From assembly GCA_963667715.1 (NCBI GenBank), contig OY763926.1:909249-973248 (forward strand): 64,000 nucleotides of DNA, read 5' to 3'. This DNA is from Sedimentisphaerales bacterium. Lineage in GTDB: Bacteria; Planctomycetota; Phycisphaerae; Sedimentisphaerales; SM23-30. The notes beneath the pieces are model-generated. The model saw only the letters and a list, made by a program, of their open reading frames with translations. It had not been told where the DNA came from and ran no database searches. The translations under genes and the position numbers were made by a program. Shown here one piece after another: positions 57,613 through 64,000 of this stretch; the stretch's first letter is position 1, and every line of letters begins with the position of its first letter.

Positions 57613-57836
57613 GCATAAGTGTTTTATAATGTATAATTTATCTAGGTAGTTGGTGTTCCCAACGTTCATCAAAAATCAGCATATTTAGGGTATGTTTTGG
57701 GGTGATGACGGTATCGTTTTACTCTCTGGGGAGAGTTCAGGTGTCGTTTTGTTATCACGCCGTATAAATTTATTCGTTCTGTTTTGCTGGCCAGGCTGGC
57801 ATTATACAATCAGAATACTATTGGAAATGGAATAAA

Positions 57837-59486
57837 TTGCCAACTTTATATATATCACAAGGCTCTGACAAGGGTAGAACATATCCGGTAAATGAATCAC
57901 CAGCTATTATTGGTCGTAATAGCCCTGATGTACCTCTTACCGATAATACCGTTTCCAGGCGACATGCAGAACTCATCAGCAAGACAGATGATTGCTGGGT
58001 TATCAGGGATCTGGGAAGTGCTAACGGCACTTATGTAAACGGTGTAAAGCTATCAGGCTTTATGGATCTCAAGCAGGGTGACCAGGTTCGTTGCGGTGCT
58101 ACTTTGATCGTTTTCGGTCAGAAAAAAACCGGCAGCGGTGTTACGGTCGATCCGGTAGGTTTGCAGATCGATTCAAACGGTAACCTGATCGAGTCATCCA
58201 TTATGGCTACGACCCCAGGGCTAGATGATTCAGTTATTATTGCTGGTCCTGAGACATCCTCTGCTGTTGGCAACCTCAGACTGCTTTATGAGCTTTCTAC
58301 TACTATTAACTCAATCTTTGATGAAGAGCAGCTGCTCGAGAAGGTAATGGATATTGTTTTTGATAATCTTCCAGCCGATCGTGGTTTTATTCTGCTTAGA
58401 GAAGATGAGAGTAAGCCAATAGTTCCTGTTGCAATTCGCTATCGGGACGAATCTCAGAAGGATTCTGGTAAAATAGCAGTTAGTCATACAATTGTAGAAC
58501 ATGCAATCGAAAAGCGTGAGGGTGTTATATGTACCAATGCTATGCGTGACCCTCGTTTTGCCAAAGGTGAGAGCGTGCATAATTTTGCTATTCGCTCAGC
58601 CTTATGTGTACCTATTGCAGTAAGAAATAATGTTATGGGTGTTATTTACGTTGATACTACCATGGCTACTAATACATATGCAGGTGAGCAGTTAGAACTT
58701 CTGACTGCGATTGGTTATCAAACCGGTCTGGCTATTGAAAATGCCCGTTTGTATCATAGTGGAGTAAAGGCTGAAAGGCTGGCGGCTACGGGTGAAACAG
58801 TAGCATATATTTCACATGGTATAAAAAATATTCTCCAGGGTATGCAGAGTGCTGCCGATCTGGTAGATATGGGTTTTCATAAGAAAAAGCCGGAAATGGC
58901 TGAAAAAGGCTGGAAAGTCGTAAAAAGGAACCAGACCCGCGTACAGAACCTTATGCTTAATATGCTTGCTTTTAGTAAGGTGCGCAAGCCAAATAAGGAA
59001 ATGGCACAGCTTAACCATCTGGTTTCTGAAACGGTGGATATGCTCAGTGAAAATGCCCATCAGAAGGGCGTTGGTCTGTTTTCTGACCTGGACAATCATC
59101 TGCCGCCGATACCTATCGATTCTGACGGTATACAGCAGGTATTGCTTAACCTTATCCTGAATGCATTTGATATTCTTGAATCAGGTGAGGGGGTTATTAC
59201 TGTTAAGACCTCATTTAATGTTGTCAAAGGCAATGCTTTGCTTATTGTCAGTGATAATGGTCCTGGTATTGAGCAATCGCAATTGGCTGATATCTTTACC
59301 GCGTTCCATTCGAGTAAAGGCCACGGCGGAACAGGTTTGGGATTGGCGGTTGTGAAAAAGATCGTAGAAGAGCACGGCGGTACTGTTAGTGTGGACAGTA
59401 AGAGTGATGAAGGAACAACTTTCACTATCACTCTACCGACAGCTACAACTATAAGCAGTGGCGAGACTGCGAGCGATACCGTTTAA
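57837..59486 (+). CDS. Cytoplasmic FHA-GAF-histidine kinase
   Basis: FHA IIGR..VSRRHA..DLGSANGT; GAF IRSALCVPI..GVIYVD; H-box ISHGIKNIL; NLILNA, DNGPGI, GTGLGL. Confidence 0.92.
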   Translation: MPTLYISQGSDKGRTYPVNESPAIIGRNSPDVPLTDNTVSRRHAELISKTDDCWVIRDLGSANGTYVNGVKLSGFMDLKQGDQVRCGATLIVFGQKKTGSGVTVDPVGLQIDSNGNLIESSIMATTPGLDDSVIIAGPETSSAVGNLRLLYELSTTINSIFDEEQLLEKVMDIVFDNLPADRGFILLREDESKPIVPVAIRYRDESQKDSGKIAVSHTIVEHAIEKREGVICTNAMRDPRFAKGESVHNFAIRSALCVPIAVRNNVMGVIYVDTTMATNTYAGEQLELLTAIGYQTGLAIENARLYHSGVKAERLAATGETVAYISHGIKNILQGMQSAADLVDMGFHKKKPEMAEKGWKVVKRNQTRVQNLMLNMLAFSKVRKPNKEMAQLNHLVSETVDMLSENAHQKGVGLFSDLDNHLPPIPIDSDGIQQVLLNLILNAFDILESGEGVITVKTSFNVVKGNALLIVSDNGPGIEQSQLADIFTAFHSSKGHGGTGLGLAVVKKIVEEHGGTVSVDSKSDEGTTFTITLPTATTISSGETASDTV

Positions 59487-59524
59487 AAATAAGAATATAA
59501 TTTACTTAATAGTAATTATTTAAG

Positions 59525-59575
59525 ACTGTCTGGTGAATTGATTTTCAAAAATTGATTTGCCAGACAGTTTTTTTT
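59525..59575 (+). terminator. Intrinsic terminator
   Basis: ACTGTCTGG...CCAGACAGT followed by a T-tract. Confidence 0.8.
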
Positions 59576-59581
59576 CGCTAT

Positions 59582-59629
59582 AGTTTAATTGGCTAGTTTA
59601 ATTAGAAAGTTGAACTAGCCAGTTAAACT
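59582..59629. promoter_or_regulatory. Putative TetR operator pair (20-bp inverted repeat)
   Basis: AGTTTAATTGGCTAGTTTAA-N8-TTGAACTAGCCAGTTAAACT, 2 mismatches, ~40 bp upstream of the TetR gene. Confidence 0.7.
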
Positions 59630-59667
59630 GCTGACAATGACAATTAAATATGGAGTAATTAACGCTT

Positions 59668-60315
59668 ATGAAAAGGCGAAGGACCGATGGATTGGAGACC
59701 CGGCAGGATATTCTTGCTGCGGCATGTAAAGTCTTTGCTGAAAAGGGTTTTAGAGATGCCAGAAATCAGGATATCAGTAAGGCGGCAGGAGCAAACAGTG
59801 CTTCAATAAACTATCATTTTGGTAGTAAGGAGAATCTGTATATAGAGGCTTGGAAGTATTGCTTTACAAAAGCCACTGAAAAATATCCTTTTGATGGTGA
59901 TGTACCACAGGATTCAACAGCCGAAGAGAAACTTTACGGTGTGGTTTTATCACTAATACACCGTATGTCAGATCCTGAGACCTACGATCTGGACTATTTG
60001 CATCGAGAAATGGCAAGCCCTACTGGTTTATTAGAAGAGCCATTTTTTGAATGTTTACTGCCTTTTGAAGAGTATATGCTGAATTTGCTTACCGAGCTTT
60101 TAGGTTCGAAGGCAGGGTTGAAAGAGCTATGTTTCTGCCGAATGATGGTTGTAGCCCAGTGTATGGGGCCATTGATGCATATCAGGCGGCAGAGGCGTGG
60201 TCAGTCTTCACCACCGCATGTTGAGGTTATTCTAAAAGAGTATAGTCTGGAAGAGCTGGCAAAAACTCTGGCCAAGTTTACACTCGACGGCATAAATGGT
60301 ATCAATGAGCGATAA
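59668..60315 (+). CDS. TetR/AcrR-family regulator with DUF1956/CerR-like C-terminus
   Basis: TRQDILAAACKVFAEKGF...INYHFGSKENLY HTH; REMASPT. Confidence 0.9.
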   Translation: MKRRRTDGLETRQDILAAACKVFAEKGFRDARNQDISKAAGANSASINYHFGSKENLYIEAWKYCFTKATEKYPFDGDVPQDSTAEEKLYGVVLSLIHRMSDPETYDLDYLHREMASPTGLLEEPFFECLLPFEEYMLNLLTELLGSKAGLKELCFCRMMVVAQCMGPLMHIRRQRRGQSSPPHVEVILKEYSLEELAKTLAKFTLDGINGINER

Positions 60316-60353
60316 TAACTCCAAAATGAATGTTTCTATTGTCAGGAATAGTT

Positions 60354-61871
60354 ATGAACAAGAAAAGAATAGTTAGCAGGTTAAAGTGTATATCCGCTTT
60401 AATTCTGTTGTTGGTCATAGCTGGTTGTAAGCCAGTGGGGCCAGATTACCAATCTCCAGATCCAAATACTTCACTTCAGTGGCAAGCTACAATGCAAAAT
60501 GGCTTGCAGGATCAGGCCCCTGATCCCAATGCTCTTGCTGGATGGTGGCGCGGTTTTAATGATCCTATACTTACACAGCTTATTGACAGGGCAGTTGCTG
60601 GTAATCAAAATCTTAAGTCGGCATATTCAAGAGTATTGCAGGCCAGAGCGGTATTGTCACTTGATAGTAGTGAGTTGTACCCCCGATTTGACCTTGGCGG
60701 TTCAGGGCAGTGGATGCGAACCAATGAGTTAAATACCCTTACACGTCGGGTTGAAAGGGTAAACAGGGAAACATATTCTACCGGGATCGACAGTCGCTGG
60801 GAGATAGATGTTTTTGGTGGCGTACGTCGTACTCTGGAAGCAGCCCGGGCAGATCTTGATATGAGCCGTGCTCAACTTTACGATGTGCTTGTCTCTCTTT
60901 CTGCTGAGGTGGCAGTGAACTATATTCAGGCCCGTCAGTATCAGGCACAGATAGATGCAGTAAAGCAAAGCCTTGAGCTTCAGCAGGAATCATATGAGAT
61001 GACCAGTTGGCGAAGTGAGGCTGGTTTGGGTGATGAACTTTCCGTCAATCAGGCATTGTATAATCTGGAAAACTCCAGGTCGCAGCTTCCCGCCTTAAAT
61101 AGTGCATTTGTACTTACTTGTAACCGTATTGCGGTATTGCTTGGAGAGAAGCCAGGAAGCATTCAGGAGGAGATGAGTGAGCATAAGCCTGTGCCGGGGT
61201 TGCCAGGTACGGTCGCTGTTGGAGTGCCGGCGGATATTATCCGACGTCGTCCAGATATTCGTCGGGCGGAAGCGGCTTTTGCTGTGCAAACCGCTAGAAT
61301 TGGTGTAGCAACCGCCGATCTTTATCCTAAGTTTTTTCTAACCGGTTCGATAACCGCTAGTGCATCAACATTTCATCAGATGGGTGAGAATGTCGGTGAT
61401 CATTCCCAATGGTATATACAGGGCGGCCCGCAGGTTAGCTGGAATATATTTGATGCAGGTGCTGTAAGGCAAAATATAAAGATACAGAGCCTACAGCAGG
61501 AACAGGCATTGCTGAATTATGAAAAGGCTGTATTGCTGGCACAGGAGGAGGTGGAGAATCTGCTAACTGCCTATGCCGATGAGCAGGAAAGGCATATCAA
61601 TCTGGCTAATGCGGTTGAAGCAGCTAGAGAAGCTGCTGATATTGCCAGTAAAGAATATGAATCCGGCCTGGCCGAGTTTGGCAGTGTGCTGGAATCTCAG
61701 CGGGTACTGCTTTCATTTGAAAATCAACTTGTGCAAAGTGATGGGACAATGGCAGTGAATCTTGTGCGGCTGTATAAAGCTTTAGGTGGTGGTTGGGACA
61801 GCCAGATGTATACAGCCAATGAATCTGTAATTAACTCACTAAATGTAGAGGTGAATAATAATGGGAAATAA
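60354..61871 (+). CDS. Efflux outer-membrane lipoprotein, NodT/OprM family
   Basis: Lipobox IAGC-KPVGPDY; WWRGFNDP, WEIDVFG, RRPDIRRAE, LYKALGGGW. Confidence 0.94.
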   Translation: MNKKRIVSRLKCISALILLLVIAGCKPVGPDYQSPDPNTSLQWQATMQNGLQDQAPDPNALAGWWRGFNDPILTQLIDRAVAGNQNLKSAYSRVLQARAVLSLDSSELYPRFDLGGSGQWMRTNELNTLTRRVERVNRETYSTGIDSRWEIDVFGGVRRTLEAARADLDMSRAQLYDVLVSLSAEVAVNYIQARQYQAQIDAVKQSLELQQESYEMTSWRSEAGLGDELSVNQALYNLENSRSQLPALNSAFVLTCNRIAVLLGEKPGSIQEEMSEHKPVPGLPGTVAVGVPADIIRRRPDIRRAEAAFAVQTARIGVATADLYPKFFLTGSITASASTFHQMGENVGDHSQWYIQGGPQVSWNIFDAGAVRQNIKIQSLQQEQALLNYEKAVLLAQEEVENLLTAYADEQERHINLANAVEAAREAADIASKEYESGLAEFGSVLESQRVLLSFENQLVQSDGTMAVNLVRLYKALGGGWDSQMYTANESVINSLNVEVNNNGK

Positions 61872-63126
61872 TGATTTAAATAAACAAGTATCAGAGACGC
61901 TTTCAGATAAAAAACGAGGAAAAGGCAGATTGTTTCGCTGGGTTATTATTATTCTGGCGATAGCTTATGGCTGGCATTTATATTTTGGTAAACAGGCTGA
62001 TAACTCTAAGGTTGTGTATGATGTTGTAGATGCGATCCTTGGCGATCTAACAGTTGAAGTTACGGCAACGGGTACATTAGAGCCCTGTAATCAAGTTGTA
62101 GTTGGTAGTGAGTTGTCAGGTATTATCAGTGATATATATGTAGACTATAATGACAGGGTAAAGAAGGGGCAGCTTCTGGCTCGTTTGGATGTGTCTCGTC
62201 TGGAAGCCCAGGTCAAGCAAACCAAGGCATCTCTTGTTTCAGCTGAGGCCAGGATCGCTCAGGTTGAGGCTACTGTTAATGAGGCAGCTAGCAAGCTGGA
62301 GCAGGTTGAAAATCTCTATAAGATCAGCAAGGGCAAAGCTCCTTCGCAGGCATCGCTTGATGAGGTTAGGGCTGCTTTCGCTCGTGCCAAGGCTGAACAT
62401 GAAAGTGCAGTTGCTGCAAGAGATCAGGTACAGGCGGCCCTTGATATTAGCGAGAATGAACTACGTAAAGCTGATATTATTTCACCTATAGATGGTATTG
62501 TACTTTCGCGTCGGGTTGAGGTTGGCCAGACAGTTGCGGCGGCTTTGCAGTCTCCGGTACTCTTTGAGCTTGCTGATGATCTAGCTGCCCTGGAGCTGCA
62601 TGTAGATGTTGATGAGGCGGATATTGGTATGGTGAGAGATGGCCAGACGGCGGATTTTACAGTACCGGCATACACGAATCAGCACTTTCCGGCTAAGATT
62701 ACCCAGGTACGGTTTGCTCCTGATATTATCGCTGGAGTAGTGACTTATGAAACTTTGCTGGATGTTAATAATGATGAGTTGCTGCTTAGGCCGGGGATGA
62801 CCGCTACGGCTCAGATCATAGTTAAAGAGATTGACGATGCTTTGCTGGTGCCGGGTTCAGCTTTGCGGTATACACCTCCGGCATTTGAGAAGGATCGCCC
62901 TAAAAAGTTAACTGATTTTCTCCCTAAGCCCCCGCAAATGGATAAGCCAAAGGAAGTTCATACCACCGGTGGTGACCAGCAAAGACTGTGGGTGCTCAGA
63001 GATGATGTCCCTGTAGCTGTTGATGTTTCAGTTGGTGTGACAAATGGCGAAAAAACTGAGATCGTAGAGGGTGACCTTAAACCTGGCGACAAAATCATTA
63101 TTGATACTCTTACTGTGGAGAAATGA
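61861..63126 (+). CDS. Efflux periplasmic adaptor (MacA/HlyD family)
   Basis: ATGTLEP..VVVGSELSG, VKKGQLLA, ISPIDGIV, VDEADIG, LRPGMTA. Confidence 0.92.
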   Translation: MGNNDLNKQVSETLSDKKRGKGRLFRWVIIILAIAYGWHLYFGKQADNSKVVYDVVDAILGDLTVEVTATGTLEPCNQVVVGSELSGIISDIYVDYNDRVKKGQLLARLDVSRLEAQVKQTKASLVSAEARIAQVEATVNEAASKLEQVENLYKISKGKAPSQASLDEVRAAFARAKAEHESAVAARDQVQAALDISENELRKADIISPIDGIVLSRRVEVGQTVAAALQSPVLFELADDLAALELHVDVDEADIGMVRDGQTADFTVPAYTNQHFPAKITQVRFAPDIIAGVVTYETLLDVNNDELLLRPGMTATAQIIVKEIDDALLVPGSALRYTPPAFEKDRPKKLTDFLPKPPQMDKPKEVHTTGGDQQRLWVLRDDVPVAVDVSVGVTNGEKTEIVEGDLKPGDKIIIDTLTVEK

Positions 63127-63848
63127 TAATGAGTGAAGAAATCAACAAGCAGGCAATGGTTAGTCTTCGCGGTATTACCCGTGAATATGGTACTGGTCAG
63201 GCGAAAATATTTGCACTGGCGGGAATAGATCTTGATATTCATAGTGGTGACTTTGTAGCGATAATGGGCCCCAGCGGTTCAGGTAAATCTACCTGTATGA
63301 ACATTCTTGGCTGTCTTGACGCTCCGACTAATGGCAATTACTTTTTTGGCGGTGTTGATGTAAGCGGTTTATCTCGTAATAAACTTGCTATGCTCAGGAG
63401 GTACTATCTGGGATTTGTATTTCAGGGTTTTAATCTTCTGAATCGTACATCGGCTTTGGAGAATGTTGAACTGCCTCTGATTTACAGGGGAGTACCTTAT
63501 CGTCAGCGGAGAAAAATGGCTATCGAGGCTCTCGCAATTGTCGGACTTACCGGCTGGGAATCTCATACGCCCGGCGAGCTCTCCGGTGGTCAGCAGCAGC
63601 GAGTTGCAATTGCCCGTGCGATCGTGACAAATCCATCTGTATTATTTGCTGATGAGCCAACAGGTAATCTCGACTCATCTCGCAGTCATGAGATAATGGA
63701 GCTGCTGGTCGGCCTTAATCGGGAAAAGGATATAACTATTGTTATGGTGACTCATGAATATGATATGGCTCATTATGCACGGCGGATCGTACATTTTCAT
63801 GATGGTCTGATCTCTTCAGATGAAATAATTAAAAGTGAAGGTAACTAG
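63123..63848 (+). CDS. ABC transporter ATP-binding protein (MacB/LolD type)
   Basis: [46 protein letters not shown]. Confidence 0.95.
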   Translation: MIMSEEINKQAMVSLRGITREYGTGQAKIFALAGIDLDIHSGDFVAIMGPSGSGKSTCMNILGCLDAPTNGNYFFGGVDVSGLSRNKLAMLRRYYLGFVFQGFNLLNRTSALENVELPLIYRGVPYRQRRKMAIEALAIVGLTGWESHTPGELSGGQQQRVAIARAIVTNPSVLFADEPTGNLDSSRSHEIMELLVGLNREKDITIVMVTHEYDMAHYARRIVHFHDGLISSDEIIKSEGN

Positions 63849-63851
63849 ATT

Positions 63852-64000
63852 ATGTTTTTTAATACTCTAATGCTGGCGGTTCGTGATATTAAGAGAAATG
63901 TCATGCGATCAGTTTTAACTATTCTTGGCATCATTATTGGTGTTGGTTCTGTAATTACCATGGTTACAATTGGAAGTGGTACGACAATACAGGTGACTGG
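63852..64000 (+). CDS. ABC transporter permease (MacB/FtsX type), N-terminal fragment
   Basis: MFFNTLMLAVRDIKRNVMRSVLTILGIIIGVGSVITMVTIGSG; runs off the end of the window. Confidence 0.9.
   Translation, partial: MFFNTLMLAVRDIKRNVMRSVLTILGIIIGVGSVITMVTIGSGTTIQVT

Noticed and set aside
1-64000. CRISPR array, transposase, integrase or prophage genes
   Set aside because: No regularly spaced direct repeats with unique spacers, and no ORF with such motifs.

Overview
Core chromosomal region of a bacterium that is most likely a planctomycete of class Phycisphaerae (Sedimentisphaerales-like). This is inferred from LamG/dockerin-like secreted enzymes, a prepilin H-X9-DG protein, a Minf_1886-type PVC protein and a PEP-CTERM protein. 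The window holds the end of a flagellar operon (flgE-flbD-motA-motB-fliL-fliN-fliO-fliP-fliQ), housekeeping genes (leuB, sppA, pfkA, dapL, mnmE, pyrH-frr, trkAH, cobO, ilvE, polyprenyl synthase, ndk, GTP-PEPCK, MTA phosphorylase), tRNA-Leu(CAG), a phosphate-uptake locus (porin-pstSCAB-unknown ORF-phoU) and a TetR-controlled MacAB-TolC-type efflux operon. No transposase, integrase, prophage or CRISPR array is visible. The most notable items are: (1) a four-gene candidate trans-envelope signalling operon (TonB-dependent receptor, orphan periplasmic binding protein, hybrid kinase with Hpt, REC-HD-GYP phosphodiesterase); (2) a three-layer nested inverted-repeat/MITE-like element between pstS and pstC; (3) 11-bp-periodic TTAAC Pho-box-like arrays in front of both pstS and a porin gene, plus an unknown Sm-like ORF and an enlarged PstA in that operon; (4) two secreted modular enzymes (PI-PLC and PNGase F-like) that share a LamG + dockerin-like tail; (5) a flagellar stator with sodium-type signatures. 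All family assignments come from motif recognition by eye, not from database searches.
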